From the NCBI GenBank assembly GCA_023246415.1, contig JAHFIK010000002.1, forward strand, positions 1 through 58,249: a stretch of 58,249 nt of DNA. Reading direction: 5' to 3'. Positions 26,991 through 37,032 of the stretch are shown here, piece after piece. A program made the position numbers and the translations under genes. This DNA comes from Candidatus Uhrbacteria bacterium. Lineage in GTDB: Bacteria > Patescibacteriota > Patescibacteriia > 2-12-FULL-60-25. The stretch's first letter is position 1. Every line of letters starts with the position of its first letter. Under the pieces are notes generated by a model that was given only the letters and a program-made list of their open reading frames with translations, was not told the origin of the DNA and did not search any database.

Positions 26991-28301
26991 ATGGATGCAT
27001 CGGCAACGGACATTCAAGAACGTTGGACAACTTTTCTTCTCACGGGGCCGCGCTTTTCCGATATCCTCGGACTTTACGGCGATGCACCTGAGATTCGCGG
27101 CATGATCACGGAATATCTTCGGCTTGCAATCCGGAGTGCGACCCCAGAAGAGCATTGGCAGATTTCTCGTATTGATATTTTGAATGCGCTTGCGTACATC
27201 GAGGATGCCGAGATTCTTGCCTATTTCAACCGGATGCTGCCGCGGATCACGATCGATCGATCGGTGTGTCTTCAGCTCTGTCAGATGTTGACGATGACGA
27301 CGTCTGAGGATGTTGTTCTTCAGGCGGTGTCTCGTCTTGATGAGCAGATCGGTGTTGCGGACGGATTTCTGATTGAAGATATTCCGCTCACGTGTGCGGT
27401 TCGATCCGTTTCCGACATGGACAAGTTGGCAACCTTGGTGCCGTTCTTTGAAGAGCGATTAGCGTTGGCATTTGAAACGATTGAGGTCATTGAACACCTC
27501 GTCATGACGGGACGTCTTGAATCAGCGCGCGAGTGGGGCGCGGAATGCCTACGTGGTCTCCATGAGTTGCTTTTGTCACATCGAGCGGAATTCAGGGCGC
27601 AGTATGGAACGCCGGATGCGACGATTCAGGCGCGGCTAGAGCTGGCGCTCTTAAATGCGCTTGGAACTGCTCCGCCAGGATCGTTGGTCGAATCAGCTAT
27701 CCGGACGTATCTCTTCGGTGAGCCAACGGATTCGCATCCGTTGGCCGAGTTGCCCGCAGAATTCCTTCCACCGACCCTATTCTACTTCGCGATTCTTCAG
27801 ACGGGGACTGAGGATGCGGTCGGGCTCTACTACGAGTCGCTTGCAGACGGATATCTCCTTCGGCGGGAAAAGATGATGTCGATGGCGATTTTGGCGAGAA
27901 ATCAGACGCTCGCGTTGCTCGCGCTTCAGATGCTGCTCGAGTCGTCAGTACTTGAGGCGAATGAGTATCGGGCCGCGTTGTATTACATCGCCAAACATGC
28001 GCATTTTGACGTGGTTCGAGCGCATGCGACGCATTATCTTGCGGGATGTTCGATGTTTTCAGATGCGCAGCTACTATTCTTGGCTGAGCATGCGAAAGAG
28101 GTCGAGCGGATCGAAGAGATTCGCTCATTACTGAATCAGCGTCCATCCATCGCCGCTCGGAATTTGCTGATCGAGCTTGGCCGAGATCTCCCAGCAGACG
28201 ATCTCTGCTCGATCGAGCAGATCATGGATGTTGAGGCGGACTGGAAGAAACGTTCTGCCGAGGGATTTGTTCCGCTCAAATTCGTTTGGCCGGATCAGTA
28301 A
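26991..28301 (+). CDS. Hypothetical alpha-helical protein
   Basis: ATG at 26991 has a strong AGGAGGT RBS. The sequence is Leu/Glu-rich and helical, with no catalytic motif recognised. Confidence 0.65.
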   Translation: MDASATDIQERWTTFLLTGPRFSDILGLYGDAPEIRGMITEYLRLAIRSATPEEHWQISRIDILNALAYIEDAEILAYFNRMLPRITIDRSVCLQLCQMLTMTTSEDVVLQAVSRLDEQIGVADGFLIEDIPLTCAVRSVSDMDKLATLVPFFEERLALAFETIEVIEHLVMTGRLESAREWGAECLRGLHELLLSHRAEFRAQYGTPDATIQARLELALLNALGTAPPGSLVESAIRTYLFGEPTDSHPLAELPAEFLPPTLFYFAILQTGTEDAVGLYYESLADGYLLRREKMMSMAILARNQTLALLALQMLLESSVLEANEYRAALYYIAKHAHFDVVRAHATHYLAGCSMFSDAQLLFLAEHAKEVERIEEIRSLLNQRPSIAARNLLIELGRDLPADDLCSIEQIMDVEADWKKRSAEGFVPLKFVWPDQ

Positions 28302-28322
28302 CGTTCTCTCAGAGAAAAACTC

Positions 28323-28364
28323 ATCGGGACGTACCGCGTGGTACGTCCCGATCGTTGTTTTTTT
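28323..28364. terminator. Hairpin terminator between convergent genes
   Basis: atcgggacgtacc-gcgt-ggtacgtcccgat 13-bp stem, with a T run downstream and an A run upstream. Confidence 0.7.
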
Positions 28365-28380
28365 GAAATGTGTGGCGCGG

Positions 28381-29334
28381 TTATTCGAGGGTTGCGTTCT
28401 CCCACTCGCGATAGCCTTTTAGAAATTCTTGTCCATCCATCGGTGCTCGTCCCTCAAGCTGAAGTTTTGTGATTTCGAGCGCGGCTTCATGGCCGTCACA
28501 GGCCACGCATGGGCGATTTTCGCCCAAGACAAACGCTTTTCCGGGCGTGAAGAGCGGATCGCTCATCACGACGCGCGCTTCAATGATCTTGAGGCGTTTT
28601 CCATCGAGCGTGGTCCAGGTTCCGGGCCACGGGTGATAGGCACGAACAAGACGAGCGAGTGTTTCTGCGTCTGCCGTCCAATCTAATTTTCCGGCATCTC
28701 TCGTGAGCGTCCGACAGACGGTAACACGGGATTCGTCTTGCGGAACGGGTGCGAGGCGTCCTTCTGTATATTCAAACAGCGTTTCAGGAAGCGAGATGGC
28801 ACCGAGCATGGCGAGCCGATCGTGAAGTGTTTCAAGCGTATCGTCTGGCATGATCTGCGTTTCAGATGTTGCAAGGATCGGTCCAGCATCCATCGCGAGA
28901 ACGGTTTTCATGATGGTGACGCCAGTGACGCGATCTCCGGCGGCGATCGCAGCGTGGATTGGTGCGGCGCCACGCCAGCGGGGGAGAAGTGACCCGTGGA
29001 CGTTGATGAGGCCGTGTTTTGGGAGATCGAGCAGCCACTGTGGAAAGATTTTTCCATACGCGGCACTCACAAAGAGATCGCAAAATCGTCCGTGGGATTC
29101 AATCCAGGATTTGAATTCGGGGTCGGTCAGTTTTTCGGGCTGGAGAATCGTTTTAATCCCGAGCTTCTGCGCTGCGATTTTCACAGCTGACGGGGTGAGA
29201 ATCGCGTGACGACCAACGGGTTTATCCGGCTGCGTGATGACGCCAAGGACCGTAAAACGTTCATCGTTCACGATTGCTTTAAGCGACGGAACCGCAAAGT
29301 CTGGTGTTCCGAAGAAGAGGATGGAGTATGGCAT
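28381..29334 (-). CDS. fmt: Methionyl-tRNA formyltransferase
   Basis: FFGTPDFA, TQPDKP.GR, NVHGSLLPRWRGAAPI, MDAG, PWPG. Confidence 0.97.
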   Translation of the reverse strand: MPYSILFFGTPDFAVPSLKAIVNDERFTVLGVITQPDKPVGRHAILTPSAVKIAAQKLGIKTILQPEKLTDPEFKSWIESHGRFCDLFVSAAYGKIFPQWLLDLPKHGLINVHGSLLPRWRGAAPIHAAIAAGDRVTGVTIMKTVLAMDAGPILATSETQIMPDDTLETLHDRLAMLGAISLPETLFEYTEGRLAPVPQDESRVTVCRTLTRDAGKLDWTADAETLARLVRAYHPWPGTWTTLDGKRLKIIEARVVMSDPLFTPGKAFVLGENRPCVACDGHEAALEITKLQLEGRAPMDGQEFLKGYREWENATLE

Positions 29335-29343
29335 GCGCGGGCC

Positions 29344-29805
29344 CTATGGGCTGGTTTTCCGCTTCATCTTATCGATAAAGAGGATCCCGTTCAAATGGTC
29401 GATTTCGTGCTGGTAGATGGTGCCTTGGTAGCCGGAGGCATCGAACTCAACGCGACGCCCATGACGGTCGATCGCGCGGACGCGGACCTTCTTTGCGCGG
29501 TCAACGATTCCGTAGACGCCAGGAACGCTCAGGCACCCTTCGTCGCTCTCAATTGTGGCAACAGACGCTTTGATAATTTCCGGATTCGCGTAGATGCCGA
29601 TGCGATGTTTTTCTTGAACCGCGATGATTCGCTTCAGAATACCGATCTGATTCGCGGCTAACCCCACACCATCGTGCGCGATCATGAACGCCGCATATTC
29701 GTCCGCGAACTGCTGGAATTCCGGCGTTGTGATTTCTGCGACATCAACGAGCTCCGTCGGTTTCCGGAGCGTTGGGTCTGGATTCGTGAGGATCTTCCAA
29801 GACAT
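29344..29805 (-). CDS. def: Peptide deformylase
   Basis: GVGLAANQIG, EGCLS, QHEIDHLNG. Confidence 0.98.
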   Translation of the reverse strand: MSWKILTNPDPTLRKPTELVDVAEITTPEFQQFADEYAAFMIAHDGVGLAANQIGILKRIIAVQEKHRIGIYANPEIIKASVATIESDEGCLSVPGVYGIVDRAKKVRVRAIDRHGRRVEFDASGYQGTIYQHEIDHLNGILFIDKMKRKTSP

Positions 29806-29822
29806 ACAGTTGATTTGACAGT

Positions 29823-31559
29823 CTACTCGAAAAAGGCGATTGGGTCAAGGTCAATGAGCGCATCAGAGGCGACGGCAGGCGTAAGGGCGCTTAAAAAGGC
29901 GGATTCTGGTAGTTCCTGCGGAGCGATGACGTGTGCGATCCAGCGGGCCTCGCGCGTGCCACGGTGCTCAACCGGATAGAGTCCTTGAATCGTGACGTTC
30001 CCAATTCGCGAGGCGTCGTCCAGCATCCGTTCAAAGATCGTTCGAATGGCAGGTTCATTTCCACGAAAGATGATTTTTGCGAGCCGATAGGCAGGTGGAA
30101 GTTTGAACGTCATGCGTTCAGCGAATTCATGGGAGAACGCATCGCGCAATCCGTCCGATGTTAGCCAGGTTTTTGCCTCGTTCAGCAGGATGTAGTTCGC
30201 CTGGATGCATAATGTCGATGACGACGCGTTCGCTCGATCTGCGAGCCGACGCATGGCGATGATGAGCCGTTCTTTTTTTCGAAGGTCTTCGCAAGCGCCA
30301 GACAAGAGTGAGAGATCAGTGCAGACGATGAGCGAATGGGAAGGGGTTACATCCGATGCATTCCATTCGCCAATGGAGACGATACGGATGTCTGGCGAAG
30401 CGATTGTGGCGCGAAGGTCTTTTTCCAATCGCTCTCGTCCGGGCCTGGATCCGGAAAGATTTGAGGAGCCGCACGTCGCACAGATGGTGATGGCGGGCGT
30501 TTTTTTGTGGCAGCGTGAACAGATGGTTGTCCCGCCTTCAACGCGCAAACCAGCGCCGCAAGACGCACACTGTGGCTCCCATGAGCAGTCAGCGCACCGA
30601 AGACGTGCACGATCTCCGTGAATCGGATGAATGATGGTGACAGGCTGGCCTGCAGCGACGGCCTCTTCAATGGCGAGGAGCGTTCGATGTTGGAGTCCGG
30701 CGACCGGTGACCAGTCTCGTGAATGGAGATCGACGGCGATGAGGTGCGGGGTGAGTGTTGGTATCTGTGTCGGAATATCTGCGGCGAGACGTGGTGTCAC
30801 TCCAATTTGGATGAATGAACGCTTCAATGTGTTCGCTTGCTGTGTAATCCAGCGTGCATCGAATCGGGGAGAGAGTTCATCTTGTTTATGATCATCATTT
30901 TCAGGTTCATCAAGAATGACGACATCTGCTTCTGCGGACAGCCAGGCACCGATTCGTGTCGCAACAAGACATTTTGTCGAGCCTCTCACAAATGAGCTCC
31001 AGGACGAGAAGCGGGCACCCATGGGCATTGAACTCGTCAGGAGCCGTGCGTTCAACCGAGAGGCGATGCGCTCTGCGCGTGCGGCCCACGGGGCGAGAAT
31101 GAGGACCTTTGATCCGTCTTTAATAAATGCATTCGCGGTCGATAGGATCCCTTCAGGACACTCGAGGTGGTTTTCGAGGTAGCGATCTTCGCGGATGGGG
31201 GGCGTTGGAGCGTGGCTTGGGACGAGCGTGGCCGCGCCTGGAAATTTTGGACAGGTTCCGAGCCAGGCATGCAAGATCGTGGCTTCAGAAGTGAATGCAT
31301 GAATTGCGAGTCGTTCCAATAATGTGACGGAGTCATGCGTGAGGTGGAGATCCGCATACGGACCGAGTAATGGCTTAATCGCAAATTTTGGATCCGTTGG
31401 ATTTGGCTGGAGGTCTTTGACGACGCCGATGATCTGAGAGGCACGAAATGGAATGCGTACGAGATCGCCGCGGGACACGGTCATCCCATCCGGGATGAGG
31501 TAATCAAAAACAGAAACGCGTCGTGGCGTCCGAATGGCCGGAATAATGCGAGCGATCAT
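29823..31559 (-). CDS. priA: Primosomal protein N' (PriA)-like, helicase motifs degenerate
   Basis: N-terminal FDY.IP/G.LVRIPF 3' DNA-binding domain, four CxxC motifs, C-terminal LPP. Lies upstream of def-fmt. Confidence 0.75.
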   Translation of the reverse strand: MIARIIPAIRTPRRVSVFDYLIPDGMTVSRGDLVRIPFRASQIIGVVKDLQPNPTDPKFAIKPLLGPYADLHLTHDSVTLLERLAIHAFTSEATILHAWLGTCPKFPGAATLVPSHAPTPPIREDRYLENHLECPEGILSTANAFIKDGSKVLILAPWAARAERIASRLNARLLTSSMPMGARFSSWSSFVRGSTKCLVATRIGAWLSAEADVVILDEPENDDHKQDELSPRFDARWITQQANTLKRSFIQIGVTPRLAADIPTQIPTLTPHLIAVDLHSRDWSPVAGLQHRTLLAIEEAVAAGQPVTIIHPIHGDRARLRCADCSWEPQCASCGAGLRVEGGTTICSRCHKKTPAITICATCGSSNLSGSRPGRERLEKDLRATIASPDIRIVSIGEWNASDVTPSHSLIVCTDLSLLSGACEDLRKKERLIIAMRRLADRANASSSTLCIQANYILLNEAKTWLTSDGLRDAFSHEFAERMTFKLPPAYRLAKIIFRGNEPAIRTIFERMLDDASRIGNVTIQGLYPVEHRGTREARWIAHVIAPQELPESAFLSALTPAVASDALIDLDPIAFFE

Positions 31560-31573
31560 GGGTTCGGATCTCC

Positions 31574-32368
31574 TTACGCAGGCTCGATCAACGTCGTAAG
31601 ATATCCGACGCCAAACGGCGCTTCATAGGCAAGTTCCGTGGCACGTGCATTGATCCCTCGAAAACAGCCCATCAGCATGAGGATTGGACGGTATCCACAT
31701 TGACCGGCGGCCGTGACGGCGTCCGCATCCATGGCGATGAGCGCGTCGAGATCCATTGCCGCGGTTTTGCTTCGAACGGTGGCGTCAAACGCCGGACCTT
31801 CGACACTGGCACCACCGGGGGATCGTGTCTCAAGTTTATGTGAGAGATCTGCTGAGGCAATGATGGCGATGCGGGAGGTGGACGCGTCGAGCGTTTGTTG
31901 GAGTGCGACTCCGAAATCAGCATGCGCTTGCGCGCTGAGGAGAGACGGCGCGATTGGAATGATCCGAAATGATTTGAGATGGCGTGTGAGAAACAAGAGT
32001 GGAATCGTGAACGCGTAATCGAGTTCTTCGGAGGTTGTTAATACGAATGGTGTCTGTTCGTTTCCGCGCAGACGCGTCTGAATTTCATCAAGAAGCAACA
32101 GATCGCATGGTGCGCGCGTTTCCGTTTCATGGTCGCCAAATGCCGTGAGTGTGCCCCGGTAGGTTGGGGCAAGGTTGGCGCTAAACGCATCTGGGAAGGC
32201 TGGTGCATGCGGGGAAATGAGGATCAGTGTTTCAATCCCAGAGGTGTACATCCGTTCTTCAAGCTCGCGGTATGCCCGAAGGGTTTCCGCGAGAGCGTCT
32301 CGTTTCTCTTTGCCGATATTCGGCGCCAAGAGCGGAGAATGGGGGACGATTGCGCCGAGGGTAATCAT
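31574..32368 (-). CDS. MEMO1/LigB-like protein (AmmeMemoRadiSam protein B-like, class III dioxygenase fold)
   Basis: PHSP.L.P..G, ISPH, LDY...IPL, ASADLSH, CG and YEAPFGVGY. Confidence 0.85.
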   Translation of the reverse strand: MITLGAIVPHSPLLAPNIGKEKRDALAETLRAYRELEERMYTSGIETLILISPHAPAFPDAFSANLAPTYRGTLTAFGDHETETRAPCDLLLLDEIQTRLRGNEQTPFVLTTSEELDYAFTIPLLFLTRHLKSFRIIPIAPSLLSAQAHADFGVALQQTLDASTSRIAIIASADLSHKLETRSPGGASVEGPAFDATVRSKTAAMDLDALIAMDADAVTAAGQCGYRPILMLMGCFRGINARATELAYEAPFGVGYLTTLIEPA

Positions 32369-32392
32369 AACGGATGTTTGAAGTGAATCGGC

Positions 32393-33829
32393 CTACGCCG
32401 AAGCGATTTGCGTGTTGATTTGATCGATGACGATCGGATCCCCGAGTTCATAATCGTTCAGGAGACTGTCTGGTACGATTTCAATACTTGTCCATTTCCA
32501 TCCCATGCCTTCAAAGACATCTGCAGAGGTGATGGGGCGCTTCTTTCCATTCTCAATGACAAAGACGGCGGGATTTGTTTTTGTCCGTACCAGTTCGCCA
32601 TCATGAAGTCCGTAGGGTTCGCCGGTGGTGAGCGCATTGAGTTCGTCGGCGGTGATCTTTTTTGCCTTCAGACCATCAAAATACAGAGAGAGGATTGCCG
32701 GGTGCAGAATGAGTCGTTTTGTTCCGGCTTCGGCGTACCAGATCGTTTTATCGCCGGGCACTTGGACAAGCGTCCCTTCCGGGGACATGCTTTTTGTTGT
32801 GATCGGTTCGCCGATGGCGTACTGCGCGAGATCGGTTTCCGTCACATCTTCGACTTCATCAAGGTTGAATGACAATTTTCCAAAGGTTTCCATGTCTGCG
32901 ATATGGCGACGTTCGTTGCCGACGATGAGCCAAATGTTTCCGCTCGGATCTTTTAAGAGCGCGTAGTTTGGAAATGCGATTTTATCACCGTCCGCGTAGG
33001 CTGACAGATCGGAGTCGGACGCTTCGATAATTTTTGAGATGTCGACGAATGAACTCGCCACGGTGAGGGAGGCGAACGGTCGCTTTTGTCCAAATCGAAT
33101 CCAGTAAATTTGTTTAGATGGGATTCCGCGAACGACCGTGCCATCCGGATAGTTCTTTGCAAACCAACGATGCCAAATATTCCAAAGGTTTAGGTTTCCA
33201 TGAAGATGCGGTGTGTAGGTGTAGAGAGCTGCAGTTGCTGCGTTTGACGGTGTCACGGTGACACCGTCGATGAGTGTTGGAATCCCCGGACCCATTCCAG
33301 AGATGGTTTTTCCGGTGGCGAGGACGGACAGGTAATATTTTTCGCGCATCTGACGCGAGGTGTAATACAGCTGATTTGCAAATCCTTTGAAATCAGAAAT
33401 GGCGGGGTCGTTCTTCGCGCAGGTGTCGCAGACGCCATATCCGGTCGCCCAATCTAATGCGTCTTGTGACGGGGTTGGATCCTCGACGAGACTCTGTTCT
33501 TTTTGGAGAAGCGCGACGAGATATTTTGGATTGATCTGATACATCTGAGACATGCGCCAGATGATTTCAGGGGCGCTTCGAACCGTCCCGTCAATATCCG
33601 TTGCACGGACGTCCGCAAGTCCGCCTTTGGTATGGAGGAATGCGACAAGTCGCGGATAGGTCATCCCATTCGCATCGAAGAGGTCATCATCCGTCAGGAC
33701 GCTATTCGGGTCGAAGTTCGGATTGATGACGGGCGCGGTCGCGTCTGTCTGTGCCCGTACGAATCCACTCGGGAGGGTGATCGTCAGGAGAAGTGCAAAA
33801 AAGGCCAATTTTTTCAACATGTCCATCAT
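32393..33829 (-). CDS. Secreted protein: putative lysozyme-like domain plus four C-terminal repeats
   Basis: Signal peptide. INPKYLVALLQKEQSL, ATGYG..D, GF.NQ and N.ATAALYTYTPH motifs, followed by four G.LV....IY.I..G.KR repeats. Confidence 0.7.
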   Translation of the reverse strand: MMDMLKKLAFFALLLTITLPSGFVRAQTDATAPVINPNFDPNSVLTDDDLFDANGMTYPRLVAFLHTKGGLADVRATDIDGTVRSAPEIIWRMSQMYQINPKYLVALLQKEQSLVEDPTPSQDALDWATGYGVCDTCAKNDPAISDFKGFANQLYYTSRQMREKYYLSVLATGKTISGMGPGIPTLIDGVTVTPSNAATAALYTYTPHLHGNLNLWNIWHRWFAKNYPDGTVVRGIPSKQIYWIRFGQKRPFASLTVASSFVDISKIIEASDSDLSAYADGDKIAFPNYALLKDPSGNIWLIVGNERRHIADMETFGKLSFNLDEVEDVTETDLAQYAIGEPITTKSMSPEGTLVQVPGDKTIWYAEAGTKRLILHPAILSLYFDGLKAKKITADELNALTTGEPYGLHDGELVRTKTNPAVFVIENGKKRPITSADVFEGMGWKWTSIEIVPDSLLNDYELGDPIVIDQINTQIASA

Positions 33830-33896
33830 CTTAGCAGGGGATGGTCACGGGGGGCAATCTCTTTCCGTTTTAGCCAATTTCCTCTATATTGGCTGG

Positions 33897-35552
33897 ATGA
33901 CGCGTTCCCGTCTGTCTGCTCTGATCGTGATCTGCCTCGGATCCGTTCTTTTTTTGTGGCTGGGCACCGTCCTTCAGCGAACAACGACGGATCTCTTTGC
34001 ATCGCCAGACGAAACGGCGGTCATGCGGTTTGCGCAGTCGTGGAATATTCGGGACGGGTTTCGTGTCGCTCCGGGTCTCCCAACGGATCTCATGGATATT
34101 GCGGGTCTGCATGGCCGCAGTCTTGTTCGTGATGGGGCGTGGCTGGTTCCGGTTGGATTTTTAGGGATGCCATTGATTGTTGCGATGTTGGAACGAATGG
34201 GGAGCGGCTTCGGGGTCTATTTCACGCCGCTTCTAGTCCTCTCGTCTGCGATTCCGTTGTATCTCCTGATCCGTTCATATCGACGACGCGTTGCGCTCTT
34301 CACGGTGATTTTTTATCTGTCCTTTCCGACAGTTCTCCTGTATTCAAACCGCGCGTTGTTTCCGAATCTTCCCGTGGTGGCCTGTGCCCTGTGGGCGCTC
34401 TGGGCGTGGAGGTTGATCGGGGAGAATTCAAGCGATCGTCACGCATGGCGCGAACAGGGAATTGCGATGATTGCTGGGATGGCGACTGGACTCGCAGGTC
34501 TGATTCGGCCAACAGAATTGATTTGGATCCTCCCATGGATTGGCTTTGCGCTCGCTGCTGGTCTTGGACTACTCGACGCGAAGCGGATGTCGCGTCCGAC
34601 TCGGGCGCAGTGGATTCGCATCATGATCGCTTCAATCATCGCGATAGGGATTGGGTGCATTGGTTGGTGGGTCGCGCGTCAGACCTATGGCGGATCGCAC
34701 GGATTGATTCCGATTGGATATTTGATTCATGATCAGGCGAATATCGCATCATCAACGGCGGGAGCCGCCATCGGAGCCGCGAAATCTTTTACGCTGGTCC
34801 AGCTCCTCCCATTCGGAATTCATCCACGGACACTCTGGACGAATATTCATGCGTATCTTTTTACGTCATTTGGGTTGTGGGTCGGATGTGCGTTGATCGG
34901 AGTCATCATCGATCTTCGGCGAACATGGATGAATCATCGTCAACGCGGTTGGTTCTATCTCGTGACCGCGTGGACGGTCTGTTCGTTATTATTTTTGTAC
35001 GGCCAATCCGTTTTTACGGATAACATTACGGGTCAGGTGACGCTTGGAAATTCATTTTTGCGTTATCTTCTCCCGGTTGCTCCGCTGATCGCGTTCGGAT
35101 GCGCGGTCGTGGTTGATGCCATCTGCGCGCGTCAGCTTCGCGGGATGATCCTCGGTGTCTTCGCGGTCACGTTGCTCGTCCTGCTGAACATCGTCACGGC
35201 CGATGCGCGAGACGATGAGGGGATTTTGCGAACGCGATATGAGCTCCGCCGCTATCAGGTCATTCGACTGGCTACAGATGAACAGCTCTCACATGGATCC
35301 GTGATTCTGTCGGAGCGGTCTGAAAAAATTTTTGAATCTGGTCCGTATGTATCGGTCAGTCCGATTCCGTCATCCGCAACGCTTGAACGTCTTCAATTGG
35401 GTTCGGTTCCCGTCTATTATTTCACGCGGACGTTCACGAGCGATGTGGACGCGAGTGCCGATCCGGTGATTGGGGTCTTTGGGGATGCGATTCCAATTTT
35501 TCATCTCCAAAACGAAACGCTCTACGCCCTTCCGGTAAAGGGGGCGTATTAA
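33897..35552 (+). CDS. Polytopic membrane protein, GT-C (GT39/ArnT-like) glycosyltransferase candidate
   Basis: SPDE after TM1, IRP in a middle TM, RYLLP late in the protein, many TM helices. Confidence 0.65.
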   Translation: MTRSRLSALIVICLGSVLFLWLGTVLQRTTTDLFASPDETAVMRFAQSWNIRDGFRVAPGLPTDLMDIAGLHGRSLVRDGAWLVPVGFLGMPLIVAMLERMGSGFGVYFTPLLVLSSAIPLYLLIRSYRRRVALFTVIFYLSFPTVLLYSNRALFPNLPVVACALWALWAWRLIGENSSDRHAWREQGIAMIAGMATGLAGLIRPTELIWILPWIGFALAAGLGLLDAKRMSRPTRAQWIRIMIASIIAIGIGCIGWWVARQTYGGSHGLIPIGYLIHDQANIASSTAGAAIGAAKSFTLVQLLPFGIHPRTLWTNIHAYLFTSFGLWVGCALIGVIIDLRRTWMNHRQRGWFYLVTAWTVCSLLFLYGQSVFTDNITGQVTLGNSFLRYLLPVAPLIAFGCAVVVDAICARQLRGMILGVFAVTLLVLLNIVTADARDDEGILRTRYELRRYQVIRLATDEQLSHGSVILSERSEKIFESGPYVSVSPIPSSATLERLQLGSVPVYYFTRTFTSDVDASADPVIGVFGDAIPIFHLQNETLYALPVKGAY

Positions 35553-35565
35553 ACGACAGATTTGC

Positions 35566-37032
35566 ATGACGGTTCCTCGACCTATTGCCATCGCGCTTTT
35601 TCTCCTGCCATGGTGTTTGGCGATCACTGGGATCGCCTGGTTGTTGATTTTGCGATTTCCGCCATCTGGGACAACAACATTCGATCTTCCATTTGATGGT
35701 CGGAGCGCATGGATTGATCCGTTTCTCCCATCGGAACGAGTGACGCCTCCAGGAGCGCAAGATGGAAATTGGCGCGGTCAGCGGATTCTCGGTGATCCGG
35801 TGTACAGCAGTCTTCGGTTGCCAGGGATTTATGACACGGTTGATCTGTCTGTCGAATTCCGTCCGACGCGTCAACCGACTCTCGAGTTGGGGATCATGCG
35901 TGGCACAGACGTCGCATCCTATGAATATACGCCGATTTGGTTTGATGCGCTTCAGTCATCTGATTGGCGATCCGTTTCGACAAGCGGAAGTCACGGATAT
36001 GTTCGGTCGAACCTGCCGGATTCCGCATTGATGACCGCGGACGCTTCGACGCAGCTGATCTGGCACGCCTCAGCCACCATGCCGTTGCTGACAGATCCTG
36101 GACGAACGCCCCAGACGACGCGCGTGTCTTTACGTGGTGCGCATGACTTCTGGGCCGTTCCCGCCGATGGACGTGTTTCGTTCTCTTTTGAGTTTCAGGA
36201 TTCAAATCGATCGCGCGGGAGCGACGCGATCGTGATGCGAGTGTTCCGCGGATCTGAGGAACTTCGAACAGATGCAATCGGGGTGGGCGGGACGCGGGAG
36301 GGGGCGATGGGACGCGTCTTCGTGAAAGAGATCTCGCTCGATCACCAGCCTCCGGGCGTGTATCACATTCAACTCATCATGGACGATGATGTGTTTATCC
36401 GTTCCGTCACAACGCCATCGACACACTGGGTGGTTGGCCCGCGACTCGTTTTTGGCGATCTCGTCGGATACGCAACGAGTACACCGTCTGCGGTGGCATG
36501 GAGCGATTCTCGTCATTTGATTCTTGAAACATTTCACACAGAAGGTTTGCAGCGGATTGATTTCGGGAGGGATAGCACGACGCTTGTTAAGACACATGAA
36601 CAGATTCGGTTCGATCGTTCGGATGTGGGCTCTGCGCCGCAGGTCCTCGTTGCCCCCAAGGGGGATGTTCGGATTATTGGTGATGGGTGGTTCGCGTTCA
36701 CGAAAGACGCATTCTTTTCTCCCGCGCCGCGTCGTGTGACGGATGAAACGGACGTCGTCCGCGAAGGGATGACGTCTGTTCGAACGCCATATGAACGTCC
36801 AGAGGCCATTGGGGATGGGTGGTATCGCGCGCATGTTCGGCTTTCACTCGATCCGACCGTGGATCACGCGAGAATCGCTCTTTCAGCTCCGGGAATCAGT
36901 TCGCGAAATGGATCTGTCGATATCCGTCGTGTCACGCTCGTCTATCAACGTCCGCCGCTGAATTTTGGTGAATGGTGGAGGACGGTTCGTCAAGAATTAA
37001 TAAACGCGTGGAGGAGACTGCGTGGATCATGA
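35566..37032 (+). CDS. Hypothetical membrane-anchored extracellular protein
   Basis: N-terminal TM segment and a beta-rich body. In operon context with its neighbours. Confidence 0.65.
   Translation: MTVPRPIAIALFLLPWCLAITGIAWLLILRFPPSGTTTFDLPFDGRSAWIDPFLPSERVTPPGAQDGNWRGQRILGDPVYSSLRLPGIYDTVDLSVEFRPTRQPTLELGIMRGTDVASYEYTPIWFDALQSSDWRSVSTSGSHGYVRSNLPDSALMTADASTQLIWHASATMPLLTDPGRTPQTTRVSLRGAHDFWAVPADGRVSFSFEFQDSNRSRGSDAIVMRVFRGSEELRTDAIGVGGTREGAMGRVFVKEISLDHQPPGVYHIQLIMDDDVFIRSVTTPSTHWVVGPRLVFGDLVGYATSTPSAVAWSDSRHLILETFHTEGLQRIDFGRDSTTLVKTHEQIRFDRSDVGSAPQVLVAPKGDVRIIGDGWFAFTKDAFFSPAPRRVTDETDVVREGMTSVRTPYERPEAIGDGWYRAHVRLSLDPTVDHARIALSAPGISSRNGSVDIRRVTLVYQRPPLNFGEWWRTVRQELINAWRRLRGS

Noticed and set aside
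33503-33896. Upstream extension of the GT-C-like ORF and the 209-aa ORF at 33503
   Set aside because: Both overlap the divergent secreted-protein gene. ATG 33897 precedes TM1 and follows a -10-like box.
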